A stretch of 64,000 nt of DNA from Methanobacteriota archaeon (lineage in GTDB: Archaea; Halobacteriota; Bog-38; Methanoflorentales; Methanoflorentaceae). The first letter of the stretch is position 1. Every line of letters starts with the position of its first letter. The stretch is taken from contig CAVVIU010000002.1 of the NCBI GenBank assembly GCA_963748445.1, positions 8,974 to 72,973 on the forward strand, given 5' to 3'. A program made the translations under genes and the position numbers. The notes under the pieces were generated by a model, which was given only the letters and a program-made list of their open reading frames with translations, ran no database searches and was not told where the DNA came from. Below, piece after piece: positions 51,467 through 61,562 of this stretch.

Positions 51467-52797
51467 TACGCACTCCTCAATTTTGAAACTACTTGTTCAA
51501 CCTGTTCTACAGCAGTGCCGATGTAATTCTCAGGCCGCATCATCCACGCGATTTGCTCAGCTGACAGGTATTCGACCACCATCGGTTCTTTCGATAATGC
51601 TTCGACAAGATTTTCTCCACTTTCATACGCCTTCAATGTTGCCGCTCGTATAATCTCGTGTGCCCGCTGCCTTCCTATCCTCTTAGCTAAATATATCATC
51701 ACAGCTTCGCCCATGTTTAAGCCGCGCATAAGTTTAAGGTTTTTTTCTATGTTGTTTTTATCAAGCTGTAGATTTCCGATGATGTTGATTGAAAGTGTCA
51801 AAATATGGTCTGTTAAAATCGTTGCCTCAGGAATAATTACCCTCTCACACGATGAATTGGTTAGATCTCTCTCATCCCATAGAGTGTTATTCTCAAGTGC
51901 TGGCAAAACATACGCTCGTATCACTCTTGCCAGACCACAAACCTGTTCTGATCTTATGGGGTTCCGCTTATGAGGCATCGTTGAGGAGCCGATTTGTGTG
52001 CGTCCAAATGTTTCTGATACCTCAGCTATCTCGCTTCTCTGTAACGTCCTGATTTCAACACAGATCTTATCTAACGTCGTTGCAACGTTAGCAAGAAACA
52101 TGACGTATTCGGCGTGCCTATCTCTCTGTATCACCTGACTTGACACTTCAACATGCCCGATTTCGAGAGAGGCCATCATCTTTTCTTGTACGTCCATGCC
52201 TCGTTTGCTAAAAGCTGCTTGTGTACCGACTGCTCCTGTAAGTTGCCCGACCACGACGCGACTGTAGAGCTGTCCAAGCCTTAATAAATGCCTCTCTACT
52301 TCTTTGGCCCAAATTGCAAACCTGAGGCCATAGGTCGTCGGAATTGCGATTTGACCATGTGTTCTCCCTGCACAAACCAGCGTTTTGTGCTTATCGGCTT
52401 GGATGATGAGGACTTTAAGAAGTCTTACAAGTTTCAGTTCAAGGATTTTTAGAGCATCGCGAAATTGCAGCGCCAACGAGGTGTCCAGAATATCGTTTGA
52501 CGTAGCCCCATAATGAACGTAATCATCTTCCTGATCAATCTTTTCAGATATAGCTCTCACAATCGCCATCATATCATGATGTATCTCATCTTCTATCACC
52601 TTAACCCGGCTCAATTTAACCTTCCCTATGGCTTTAAATATGGACTTGGCTGCAGGTTTTGGAATCATTCCGAGATCGGCCTCTGCTTTTACGAGTGCGG
52701 CCTCAACTTCTAGCACATACTGGAGCTTATTCTCTTCGCTCCAAATATCCTTCATTTCTGAAGTTCCATATCTATATTCGATCGGATGTATCGGCAT
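51454..52797 (-). CDS. purB: adenylosuccinate lyase
   Basis: 447 aa. YRYGTSEMKDIWSEE and GSSTMPHKRNP (fumarate lyase signature). Confidence 0.92.
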   Translation of the reverse strand: MPIHPIEYRYGTSEMKDIWSEENKLQYVLEVEAALVKAEADLGMIPKPAAKSIFKAIGKVKLSRVKVIEDEIHHDMMAIVRAISEKIDQEDDYVHYGATSNDILDTSLALQFRDALKILELKLVRLLKVLIIQADKHKTLVCAGRTHGQIAIPTTYGLRFAIWAKEVERHLLRLGQLYSRVVVGQLTGAVGTQAAFSKRGMDVQEKMMASLEIGHVEVSSQVIQRDRHAEYVMFLANVATTLDKICVEIRTLQRSEIAEVSETFGRTQIGSSTMPHKRNPIRSEQVCGLARVIRAYVLPALENNTLWDERDLTNSSCERVIIPEATILTDHILTLSINIIGNLQLDKNNIEKNLKLMRGLNMGEAVMIYLAKRIGRQRAHEIIRAATLKAYESGENLVEALSKEPMVVEYLSAEQIAWMMRPENYIGTAVEQVEQVVSKLRSAYCQE

Positions 52798-52916
52798 GTT
52801 GCGACCTCTTACAATGTATGCGATATTTCGCTATTTTTGTGCTTAAAACACGTCAAATTCACAGTACATCTACGATACCGCAATCAAACGTTTAATTTTT
52901 TGTATCAGCAATAAAA

Positions 52917-54134
52917 TTATGCGCCAAATTTCTTGCCCTTCCCTATAAGATCGATGAGCGTTGGCATGAGATCGAGACCTCTTATGCGGTTCATACCACC
53001 TAGTGCAGCAGTCATTTCATTAAATTTATGCAAATGGTCCGTCCTTACTCCTATTCCCCGTATTAAAAACGGAACAGGATCACCAGCATGTTCTCGGAGA
53101 CTTACGGGCGTTGTGTGATCTGCAGTTATTGAGATTAGTATTGATTCGTCTATTTCCAAATTCGAGAGTTCCTTATCTACTCGACTTAAGAATGCCGCTT
53201 TTTTTTCGAAGTCTCCATCGTGTCCAGATTCGTCCGCGCCTTTTATATTCAAAAGCACGAAACAATGGTCTTTCAACGCTTTATTGACATTCTCAATTTT
53301 TCCAGTTAAGTTTGTATCGACGCCGCCGGTCGCTCCAGCTGTGGGTATGAAATCCATCCCAGTCAGCTTCCCTATTCCAATGACAAGCGCCGTAGCTGCG
53401 ATGACCGCCGCTTTGAGCCCCCAACGATCTTCAAAAGATTGCAGGTGTGGCACAACTCCAGCACCTCTCAATAGCACTATGTTCGCAGGAAGCAGTCCCT
53501 TTTTTTCCCTATCTACATTTACTGGATTGTCTTTAAGAATTTCAAAAACTTGACGCGTGAACTCGTTAAGAATACGCGCGGTTCGCTTTGACCCCGCGTC
53601 ATCGGTAGTAGGTCTTACTACTTTCATTTTTCCTATGTGCAATGGATCTGAGGGCGTTACGTGCTGGCTTAAACTTTCTTCACGTAACACCAACGCTGCC
53701 CTGTGTCCAGCAGATTCTTTAAAGATAAACTCAGCATCCAAATCCAATTTTTCTTGTATCGCTTGAGCAAGCTCGTGCGTATCTCGTATGCGTCCAGCCC
53801 TTCTATCAACGACTTCTCCATCCCTTACCGTAGCAAAGTTGCCCCTAAAAGCGATATCCCCGGGCTTTACGTCTATCCCCACGCCAGCAGCTTCAAACGG
53901 CCCTCTTCCAGTATATATTTCACGTGGATTATAGCCCAATAAAGATAGATGTGCTGTATCAGACCCAGGAGGTCTGCCAGGAGCTATTACATCCATAATC
54001 CCCAATATTCCCTCGTTTGCCAACTTGTCTAGATATGTCGTAGTGGCACTCATAAAAGGAGTTTTGCCTTCATAAGTCGGTCTGTCTGATGCACCATCTA
54101 ACACGATTAAAAGAATTTTTTCGGCAGCGTCCAT
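52917..54134 (-). CDS. apgM: 2,3-bisphosphoglycerate-independent phosphoglycerate mutase (archaeal ApgM type)
   Basis: [26 protein letters not shown] and TADHTTP. Confidence 0.88.
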   Translation of the reverse strand: MDAAEKILLIVLDGASDRPTYEGKTPFMSATTTYLDKLANEGILGIMDVIAPGRPPGSDTAHLSLLGYNPREIYTGRGPFEAAGVGIDVKPGDIAFRGNFATVRDGEVVDRRAGRIRDTHELAQAIQEKLDLDAEFIFKESAGHRAALVLREESLSQHVTPSDPLHIGKMKVVRPTTDDAGSKRTARILNEFTRQVFEILKDNPVNVDREKKGLLPANIVLLRGAGVVPHLQSFEDRWGLKAAVIAATALVIGIGKLTGMDFIPTAGATGGVDTNLTGKIENVNKALKDHCFVLLNIKGADESGHDGDFEKKAAFLSRVDKELSNLEIDESILISITADHTTPVSLREHAGDPVPFLIRGIGVRTDHLHKFNEMTAALGGMNRIRGLDLMPTLIDLIGKGKKFGA

Positions 54135-54175
54135 GCGTTAAACTTACGCTGCTAAGTAAAAAAAATTGCGCTCAT

Positions 54176-54760
54176 TTAAGGCTCTGCTAATATTTTCGTC
54201 TTGCCAATTTCAACTCGTCTGAGCGGATATATGTGCTTAGATTCTTTATAAATATCGAGAGCCAATTTTCCGAGTACGACTTCATGCATAAATTGATCAA
54301 AATTTAACTCATTCGCGCGAATACGGACAATGTCATTCATGATATCTCTTATTGCCTTGATCTGAGATGATCGCGCCCTTTTCACGGTAAATGACATTGG
54401 CTTTATTCGAATTTTATACCCATCTTTTGTTGTGGTCAACACGTTTAATTCAACAAGCGACGTACGTCTTTTCACTAGGCTTCTCAAGTAGTCCCTTGTC
54501 ATTTCGTGACCTATGAACTTTGTGATAGCAGTCTCATCGCTGATGTTATTAATTTTAAAGTGCATTTTAACGTTTTGCTTGGATAGGTCGTTTGTTATTT
54601 CACCTAAGGTCGTATCAACCACCCTCCCAACTAACTTAGAAGGTTCATCTGCCGGGGTGCTACCAATATTTATCCTTCCAAACATATCCGGGGCCGTGAC
54701 ATTAAACCACTTCTTAGCCTTCCACCCTTCGACTTTTTTTCTTAACTGTCGTCTAGCCAT
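54176..54760 (-). CDS. rps3ae: 30S ribosomal protein S3Ae
   Basis: KKVEGWKAKKWFNVTAPDMFG N-terminus; 194 aa. Confidence 0.9.
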   Translation of the reverse strand: MARRQLRKKVEGWKAKKWFNVTAPDMFGRINIGSTPADEPSKLVGRVVDTTLGEITNDLSKQNVKMHFKINNISDETAITKFIGHEMTRDYLRSLVKRRTSLVELNVLTTTKDGYKIRIKPMSFTVKRARSSQIKAIRDIMNDIVRIRANELNFDQFMHEVVLGKLALDIYKESKHIYPLRRVEIGKTKILAEP

Positions 54761-54897
54761 TTATGTTACCTCTAACGTCAAATCGACATTATTCGCTTAA
54801 ATTAAATCTTATTGTGCCAATCAATTCTAACCCGATTAGCTAAGTATGATCCAACAGTTTCATTCGTATGTTGACAATCATATGATATAACCCTTAT

Positions 54898-56412
54898 TCA
54901 TAAAAATTTGATTGCATCCGGCAAATTATCAATCAGCTTTACAAATTTTTTTGGCCAGTCTTCAGGGTCGAAACCCCTTTGTGCGAGGAACGCTGATGTC
55001 CACCTTTGAAGTCCAACTCCAGAACAACCAGACCACAACTCTCCCTTTTGCGCCTTTATATTAAAGCCCTTTGGATATTTATCTCCATTTACGCTCAAGT
55101 TTTGGAATTCAAGCCATTCGCTCATCGTGCGGTTACCTCTATATGGCATATACGCCTCGTAATCTATCGTTCCTACCCTAATATCACCTGCTAATCCGAT
55201 CATTCCCTCTTGTGCCATAAACCAAGGAGTTACCCAAGCCATGCGCCATTCGAGATCTAATATGTCATTAAAGATATGCTCATATCGACGCTGAAGTAAC
55301 TTCGATTCCTCTACGACTTGTTCTGGGGTACCTATCCATACAATTTCTATCCTGTGGAATTCATCTACTCTCTCTATCCCGTGGATGCCGCCGCTTTCAT
55401 ATCTGTGGGACGTGCCAGACCTGTCAAATACTCGAATGGGCAATGAATCAGTTGAAAGAGTCTCGCCCTGCAGGAATGGGTAAAACGACGGACACTGAGC
55501 ATAACACATCCCTCCTATGGGGCTATCTATTTTCTCTCTAATGAGATCGGTTGGAATTTCTTGCGTGACCTTATAATAGTCTATTACATCTTCCCAGAAT
55601 TCAGCATCTCGAGTCTTTGGCGTGCAAACATAATAAATCTCAGGATATATCCCTTTTGCGTGTCCCGAACGGCGCCAGACCTCCCAAGGAACTAACTTAG
55701 GGAAAATCATTTCATGGTAATGAAGTTTATCTAAAATCTCTTTGACCACTATGCGCTCAAACGTCCTAAATATCTTTGTTACTTGTGGCCCGTATATCCA
55801 TTGGCCCCTACTTCCCCCGTGCTTTATCCAGCGAAGTTTAATTAACATTTCGGTCGGGTCTTTACTAAAGTTCATTTCTTTTTCAGGGCTTTCCCACATC
55901 AGCTCCCAGTTTTCAGCTTTAGCGCCGTATAAAACCTGTCGAATCTTGTCCTCAACGAGACTTACAATCCTATCAGGAATCTTTCTGTCGATGTCTTGTT
56001 CTTGCACGTTAAGTTTGAGCATCAGAACCTTGTTTTCATAAGAAAATTCGGTTATAAAGGGAATTTTAATCTGGATTGGCTGTTCAGCTTCCATCCTTAT
56101 AGTAAAATCTTCAACATCATAGCCACGCAACCCCACGTGATATTTTGAACCTAGGGCCTTAGCAACGACTTTTTTGAATCGTGTGAGAGCATCATGAGAC
56201 CTCGTAAACCGCCCGCTTACTATCCTAAGATAAACTTCATTAGCATGCAAGTGCCATTCTATAATCTTCCCAGCTTCTCTAATTGAGTCCTCGGGCACTC
56301 CTTTTAAAAAGATATGATTATTTGCATCGTTGATAAGTGCATTCAATTCAGATTGAGCTTCTTCAGGTAAATCTTCACTAAACTTAAGATGGACTTTTAA
56401 ATCAAACTCCAT
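54898..56412 (-). CDS. serS: serine--tRNA ligase, type 2 (methanogen-type)
   Basis: 504 aa. It has no coiled-coil N-terminus of the bacterial type. GGMCYAQCPSFYPF and RVFDRSGTSHRYESGG match my memory of the Methanosarcina barkeri-type SerRS. Confidence 0.75.
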   Translation of the reverse strand: MEFDLKVHLKFSEDLPEEAQSELNALINDANNHIFLKGVPEDSIREAGKIIEWHLHANEVYLRIVSGRFTRSHDALTRFKKVVAKALGSKYHVGLRGYDVEDFTIRMEAEQPIQIKIPFITEFSYENKVLMLKLNVQEQDIDRKIPDRIVSLVEDKIRQVLYGAKAENWELMWESPEKEMNFSKDPTEMLIKLRWIKHGGSRGQWIYGPQVTKIFRTFERIVVKEILDKLHYHEMIFPKLVPWEVWRRSGHAKGIYPEIYYVCTPKTRDAEFWEDVIDYYKVTQEIPTDLIREKIDSPIGGMCYAQCPSFYPFLQGETLSTDSLPIRVFDRSGTSHRYESGGIHGIERVDEFHRIEIVWIGTPEQVVEESKLLQRRYEHIFNDILDLEWRMAWVTPWFMAQEGMIGLAGDIRVGTIDYEAYMPYRGNRTMSEWLEFQNLSVNGDKYPKGFNIKAQKGELWSGCSGVGLQRWTSAFLAQRGFDPEDWPKKFVKLIDNLPDAIKFL

Positions 56413-56466
56413 ACTGACCCCGTCATAACATCACCTCTCATCTATCGAGAATCATCGACTCTTAAC

Positions 56467-56676
56467 TTATTTCATCTCTAGAATATCTTTTGCTATCTTA
56501 ACATTTACAAGGTAGTCATCTACTGCTGCAATAAGTGAGCCTAGACTTCTTGTTGTTATCTCTGCCATTATAGTTTTTCTTCTCACCCTCATTTCCATGT
56601 ATGAGGTATTGTCAGGCCTAACTGCATCCGCAATTAAGTGTGATTTCTCGTGTTCAAATAACAGTACGCACTTCAT
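56467..56676 (-). CDS. pcc1: KEOPS complex subunit Pcc1-like
   Basis: 69 aa. The pattern beta-strand (CVLLFEHE), ADAVRPDN, ...LGSLIAAVDDYLVNVKIA resembles Pcc1. kae1 and bud32 lie 2-3 kb away. Confidence 0.5.
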   Translation of the reverse strand: MKCVLLFEHEKSHLIADAVRPDNTSYMEMRVRRKTIMAEITTRSLGSLIAAVDDYLVNVKIAKDILEMK

Positions 56677-56951
56677 GTAATCGCTATGAGGTAATTCAAT
56701 CTTACCTGTAACATCCTAAATCTCAGTTCAATAAAATCTTCTTCTGCTTTCATTACAGAGGTCAAAAACTTCTATATTGCGACTTGCGCCATTTTTTATA
56801 GAGCGTTTATTTTGAACCTCATCAATCTTAGTATACTAACTAAATAAACAATTTGCAGTCTCACAGTACTTTCTATTGCAATGTATATCCCAACCACCTC
56901 AAACAACGTTTTGTGCCTTTCAATACGGACTGCGTTATTTCTTTTAACATT

Positions 56952-57791
56952 TTATCTTTTGTGGGATTGTAGCTCCTCAATCCTTTGTAGCCTGTTATTA
57001 ATAAGCCTTATTTTAGCATCTTGCAGTGCTTTACCATCTTTCAAACAGAGGGAAAGAACCAAACCAGGCGCATCTAAACAGACTTCTATTGTGGTTACAA
57101 ATCTGTGCACAGTGGAAATAAGTTCGTTATTGAGAACAATTACATTGTCAACAAGTTGCTTTTCATCCTGGTCGATTGATTTTAAAATTAGTAAGGAGAT
57201 AAGTTTGCTCATCTTAGTTCTATCTAGTGACTTGACATCCCCAGAGATATCAAGTAATTTTAAGAAATGATCAACGGCTTTAGCATCTCCCGAAATATCC
57301 AAAATGGGTTCAGTCAAATAAAGAATTGACTCCTTTACACCATCAAAATAAAACTTTGCACCTTTCAACACATCTACAATCCCGCAGTTTCTGCTCTCTT
57401 TTATGATGCGCTCTCCTATGTCAAATGCGCTTTCATAAAAACACGCAGTTACAGCAAGTCCGGCTAAATCCAAGTTCCGCTTGTCAATAGCTTTCACCAT
57501 GTAATAAACAGACGCAGATAACGGCACATTGTTGGGGAACTCGAGCTTTAAACTGTTTGAGTTTGTTGACAAAATTAGAGCATGAAGGTCCCTTAAACCC
57601 CAACTTACGTGAAAACCCTTTTTTAATCTTATAAGCATCCGGCACATTAAGCCGGAACTTACTATCCCATTCGCAGAGCTATTGGATTTAACACGGATGT
57701 AATCTGAGCGACTGATAAAATTTTTCGCGGCATCGGCATAGCACTCTACTGCGAGATCAACATTTCCGCCCTGTCCAGTCTGTATACCCAT
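56952..57791 (-). CDS. hypothetical protein, possibly a degenerate DHH (RecJ/Cdc45-like) domain
   Basis: 279 aa. YIRVKSNSSANGIVSSGLMCRML aligns by eye with DHH motifs I-II (V..H.DADG..S..I) but lacks the acidic and His residues. Lies downstream of rps15 and overlaps it by 46 nt. Confidence 0.35.
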   Translation of the reverse strand: MGIQTGQGGNVDLAVECYADAAKNFISRSDYIRVKSNSSANGIVSSGLMCRMLIRLKKGFHVSWGLRDLHALILSTNSNSLKLEFPNNVPLSASVYYMVKAIDKRNLDLAGLAVTACFYESAFDIGERIIKESRNCGIVDVLKGAKFYFDGVKESILYLTEPILDISGDAKAVDHFLKLLDISGDVKSLDRTKMSKLISLLILKSIDQDEKQLVDNVIVLNNELISTVHRFVTTIEVCLDAPGLVLSLCLKDGKALQDAKIRLINNRLQRIEELQSHKR

Positions 57792-58198
57792 TCTTCTGGC
57801 AATACACCCCTGCCTTTGTAATATTTGATGAGTCTCCTGATCTTCGATTCTGTCAGTTGAAGCGCTCTTCTATTGTGAAGGTCTTTCTTATTATCTTCAA
57901 GATGCTCTCTCAAGTTGAGCGCTTTTACGATGAGATTATATAAATCTTCGGGCACCTTAGGAGCTACTCCGTTATCCTGCAGTATTTGAGTCATCTTCTT
58001 CTTTGTCGCGAGCATCACGTCGGGTATGCCATATTTATCTCTTAGAACGATGCCAATCTGGCTTGAAGACATCCCTTGGTCTCGTAACTCAATAACATGT
58101 TTTTCCATTTCCCCGACACTCATTTCAATGGGAATAGTGCTCTTGATTGGTTTTGATGATTTCGATTTTCCCTTTTTCCTTGCAAACATTCTCGCCAT
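57746..58198 (-). CDS. rps15: 30S ribosomal protein S15 (uS15)
   Basis: MARMFARKKGKSKSSKP N-terminus; 150 aa. Confidence 0.92.
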   Translation of the reverse strand: MARMFARKKGKSKSSKPIKSTIPIEMSVGEMEKHVIELRDQGMSSSQIGIVLRDKYGIPDVMLATKKKMTQILQDNGVAPKVPEDLYNLIVKALNLREHLEDNKKDLHNRRALQLTESKIRRLIKYYKGRGVLPEEWVYRLDRAEMLISQ

Positions 58199-58261
58199 CT
58201 GACAGCCTCAGTATGATATTTAAATATAATACGCTCTTGTACTACGCTTCTATTCTGCGCC

Positions 58262-58807
58262 TTAACTGTTATATAATTTTTGAGTCCATTTAATAAATTT
58301 ATTCATTGATTTGCTTCTGTGTGATAGTAGATTTTTTTCCTCTGTATCCATCTCAGCAAAAGTGCGGCCTTTATATTCGAAAATAGGATCAAATCCAAAT
58401 CCCATAGTTCCGCGTGGATTTACAAGAATCCCGTCGACTGTTCCTTGAAATAGTTTAATATCACCATAATATACACCTATGACAGACTTAAACCTCGCTT
58501 TGGTTCTTTCCTCTGCTAACTTCAGCAAACCATTACAACCAATAGTTTTAAAGGCATAGGCTGAGTAAGGACCTGGAAAGCCGGCTAAATCATCTATGAA
58601 AAGTCCTGAATCCTCTATAATAAACGGTGGATCACAAAACTCTTTACAATATTGAAGCGCGTGTTTCGAAACCTCAACGAGTGTATCGGCTTGGAGCTCA
58701 GGATAACTAGACTCGATGTGCGTGATTTTAATTGGCGAAGCTTTAACCTTTGCCCTAAGCTCTTTCACCTTGCCCTTGTTCTTAGTTATGAACTTAAACG
58801 CAATCAA
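58262..58807 (-). CDS. XTP/dITP diphosphatase (RdgB/HAM1 family)
   Basis: FITKNKGKVKE, EDSGLFIDDLAGFPG and GFGFDPIF. The TTG start at 58807 overlaps the bud32 stop. Confidence 0.85.
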   Translation of the reverse strand: MIAFKFITKNKGKVKELRAKVKASPIKITHIESSYPELQADTLVEVSKHALQYCKEFCDPPFIIEDSGLFIDDLAGFPGPYSAYAFKTIGCNGLLKLAEERTKARFKSVIGVYYGDIKLFQGTVDGILVNPRGTMGFGFDPIFEYKGRTFAEMDTEEKNLLSHRSKSMNKFIKWTQKLYNS

Positions 58808-59391
58808 AGATAACGCCCTCGTTCTTTTATCTCCTCGACCTTGTCCAAAACCTCGTTGACGTCGAGGCAATGTTTGCCATACCCTAGTATAAAAGCGTCT
58901 TTCAGAGGTTCAAATTTTTCATGTGTGCTTGCAAGTGTCTGAAAAAACACGTGCAAATCTACTCCTCTAGCCTCGAGGGAGCCATCGTAATATGCGAGGC
59001 CAAAATCAATCAGATAAACCCTATTTTCGGAATACATCATATTGTACGTGGTCGGATCACCGTGAGCAATGCCAGCGAGATGAAGTATACAGAGCGTTTC
59101 TCCAGCTTTCTCACAGATTTTTTCATTTAGTATAAATTTAAGGGCACTGCCTTTGACCCTCTCCATAGCAATGCTGAACGTTTCAATGTCGTATATTATT
59201 GGCGTAGGCACTCCAGACTTTCTCGCATCAGATTGTATCTTTGCTTCAGATCTAGTTCGCTCTTTTCGGAGTTTTAAGTCCAGCTCTTTTACCCTATAGC
59301 CTTTTTGAAGGCGACGTTTAATTACAACGTCACCATATATTTCAACGACAGCTTCGGCGCCTTTGAATTCTGTAATTAGCCTGTTATCCAA
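58804..59391 (-). CDS. bud32: Kae1-associated kinase Bud32
   Basis: 195 aa. GAEAVV, HGDPTTYNMM and LIDFGLA kinase motifs. Overlaps the kae1 end. Confidence 0.85.
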   Translation of the reverse strand: MDNRLITEFKGAEAVVEIYGDVVIKRRLQKGYRVKELDLKLRKERTRSEAKIQSDARKSGVPTPIIYDIETFSIAMERVKGSALKFILNEKICEKAGETLCILHLAGIAHGDPTTYNMMYSENRVYLIDFGLAYYDGSLEARGVDLHVFFQTLASTHEKFEPLKDAFILGYGKHCLDVNEVLDKVEEIKERGRYL

Positions 59392-60350
59392 TTAACCTCA
59401 ACCTCATCTGGCCTGAAACTTGGATTGGCACCAGAAAATTCTATAGGAGTTTCTATCCCACTTTTTATCATAATCATTCCAGTATGCGCTATCATGGTGG
59501 CGTTGTCCATCATATATTCAGGTTTTGGAGCAAAAAATTTAGCGTCTCGCTCTTCACACATGATAGAGAGCATCTCTTTAATCCTTTTATTCGCACCGAC
59601 GCCGCCTGCCAGGAGAGCTTCAGACTTTCCAGTTTGGGATAACGCTCTCTCAGTAACTTCAACGAGCATTGAAAATGCCGTTTCCTGAAAGCTATAGCAG
59701 ACATCTTCAAGGTTCGCATAACTTAACGCCTCCTTTGCTGCTGTCATAATCCCGGAAAAAGAAAAATCCATACCCTTTACCACATAAGGCATATGTATAT
59801 AGTTGCTTGAATTTTGAGCTAGTCTTTCTACCTTCGGCCCACCTGGATGTTGCAATCCAACCGAACGAGCAAGTTTGTCTATTGCATTTCCTATCCCTAT
59901 ATCGAGTGTTTCCCCAAGGATCCTATACCTTCCTGATCGATATGATAAAACTTGCGAGTTTGCCCCACTGACGTAAAGTACAACAGGATCTTTTAAATTC
60001 GTTTTCCAGCGCTCTACTTCTATATGGGCGATGCAGTGATTAACACCAATTAATGGAACTTTAAGCTTCAATGATAGAGCTCTTGCAGCCGTCGCTACAA
60101 TGCGTAAGCAAGGACCTAAGCCTGGCCCCTGTGAAAATGCGACAGCATTTACCTCCCGGGGCTCAATTTTGCTGAGTAATTCTCTTATTACTTGACTGAT
60201 ATTGTTTGAAAAGTGCTGTGCAGCATCACGGGGATGAATTCCGCCAGTTTGTGGCAAGTACGGAGAGCTTACTTCATATATAACTTCATTTTCCCCAACG
60301 AGGCTTGCGCTGAGGTTCCAAGCTGTACCCTCTATGCCCAAAACAATCAT
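59376..60350 (-). CDS. kae1: tRNA N6-adenosine threonylcarbamoyltransferase Kae1
   Basis: MIVLGIEGTAWNLSA, VNHCIAHIE and LAGGVGANKR. Confidence 0.92.
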   Translation of the reverse strand: MIVLGIEGTAWNLSASLVGENEVIYEVSSPYLPQTGGIHPRDAAQHFSNNISQVIRELLSKIEPREVNAVAFSQGPGLGPCLRIVATAARALSLKLKVPLIGVNHCIAHIEVERWKTNLKDPVVLYVSGANSQVLSYRSGRYRILGETLDIGIGNAIDKLARSVGLQHPGGPKVERLAQNSSNYIHMPYVVKGMDFSFSGIMTAAKEALSYANLEDVCYSFQETAFSMLVEVTERALSQTGKSEALLAGGVGANKRIKEMLSIMCEERDAKFFAPKPEYMMDNATMIAHTGMIMIKSGIETPIEFSGANPSFRPDEVEVNWITG

Positions 60351-60373
60351 TTAATCGAATTATTCGAAATACA

Positions 60374-60532
60374 TCACTTCTGAAATTTTGTGTATCCGCA
60401 TTTACCGCAAGAAAGTCTGTCGTCATGCTTTGCTAAAAATACACCCTCTCCACAACGCGGACAAGCCTGCCGAATCCTCGCAAGCTCATTATCCACTATT
60501 TCATATAGGTCACTTGTTTTACTCTTCCTCAT
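60374..60532 (-). CDS. rps27ae: 30S ribosomal protein S27ae (eS31), zinc ribbon
   Basis: Not in the ORF track (52 aa). My translation is [52 protein letters not shown]. Directly downstream of rps24e, as is usual in archaea. Confidence 0.85.
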   Translation of the reverse strand: MRKSKTSDLYEIVDNELARIRQACPRCGEGVFLAKHDDRLSCGKCGYTKFQK

Positions 60533-60836
60533 CCGCTTCCCCTCCTGTCACCGGCGGTGTATTTCTCTTCAAAATGTGCTCCCTTTCAACAAGTTTTGCC
60601 GCCTCTGTTGTCTCATAGATTTTAATATATGCTTTTGTTTCGCTCTTTCCAAACTCACTTTTCATTTTGTCGATTATAACAAGGTCGGGATCTACGTTAA
60701 ACTTCATTGCAACGTTCTTTTTGACTTCCACACGCGACGGAGTGGCTGCATTATGATCGATTTTAAGTTTAAGCTCCCTGCGGTTCAACAACGTGTTATC
60801 TTTTTCTTCAATAACTTCAAGATCCATTTCAATCAT
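60519..60836 (-). CDS. rps24e: 30S ribosomal protein S24e
   Basis: [22 protein letters not shown] and [12 protein letters not shown]. Confidence 0.9.
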   Translation of the reverse strand: MIEMDLEVIEEKDNTLLNRRELKLKIDHNAATPSRVEVKKNVAMKFNVDPDLVIIDKMKSEFGKSETKAYIKIYETTEAAKLVEREHILKRNTPPVTGGEADEEE

Positions 60837-60865
60837 CTCACGATTAATGTTATTTTTACTAGAAC

Positions 60866-61369
60866 TCAGTTCGTTATCATTTTTAGTAGATATTCTGCCC
60901 GTTTTTTCTTTTCTCGTGTTACTTCGACAAGTACCATTCCTTCGCCAGGTTGTCCATAAATGACAGCTGTGCCCGCAGGTGCTGATACCACTGCTGGAAT
61001 GACAGCAAGATCCTCTTCACCCTCTACTACAATCCTTACACGCTTGGAATCTTTCATAGCTTCCATCGCGGCGACTATGCCGTCAATTAATTCTACAGAT
61101 ATGCTCCCAGCAGCATTGCTGACTTTTAAGACTTCAAATTTTTCGGCGTTTATTCTATTGCGTACTTCCTCAGGTACCTTTTCTCTCATTGTAATATCGT
61201 CTGTTATGCAAATGTTTGGCACAATACCGTATTGGAGGACGTTATAAGTAGTGATGTCGCCGACGCTAATTATTTTGTCAAACTTATTTAACCTTTCTGA
61301 GCATTTACCTTTCTTGCATAAATAGCCAAATGGTTTCTTTAGCTGTGCCCTCAAATTTTCGTCGAGCAT
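60866..61369 (-). CDS. GTP-dependent dephospho-CoA kinase (DUF359/UPF0218)
   Basis: 167 aa. ISVGDITTYN, DDITMRE and VEGEEDLAVIPA. Sits in the conserved spt4/rps24e neighbourhood. Confidence 0.7.
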   Translation of the reverse strand: MLDENLRAQLKKPFGYLCKKGKCSERLNKFDKIISVGDITTYNVLQYGIVPNICITDDITMREKVPEEVRNRINAEKFEVLKVSNAAGSISVELIDGIVAAMEAMKDSKRVRIVVEGEEDLAVIPAVVSAPAGTAVIYGQPGEGMVLVEVTREKKKRAEYLLKMITN

Positions 61370-61376
61370 GTGGGCA

Positions 61377-61562
61377 TCATCGCACCTTAAGCGCGTATTT
61401 GCCTGGAAGATCTATATTTATAGTCTTCGCTATTAGCGAGCGTTTTGCATCGATTATTATTAAGTATCCTCTCCAGTCTCGTCCGAGCGAGCTTGATCCG
61501 CAGATTGGACAGACGATCCCTTCGACTATTCTATGACATGCTTTACATACTTGCTCTGGCAT
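61377..61562 (-). CDS. spt4: transcription elongation factor Spt4
   Basis: [26 protein letters not shown] zinc ribbon followed by [10 protein letters not shown]. The internal Met start is preferred. Confidence 0.85.
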   Translation of the reverse strand: MPEQVCKACHRIVEGIVCPICGSSSLGRDWRGYLIIIDAKRSLIAKTINIDLPGKYALKVR

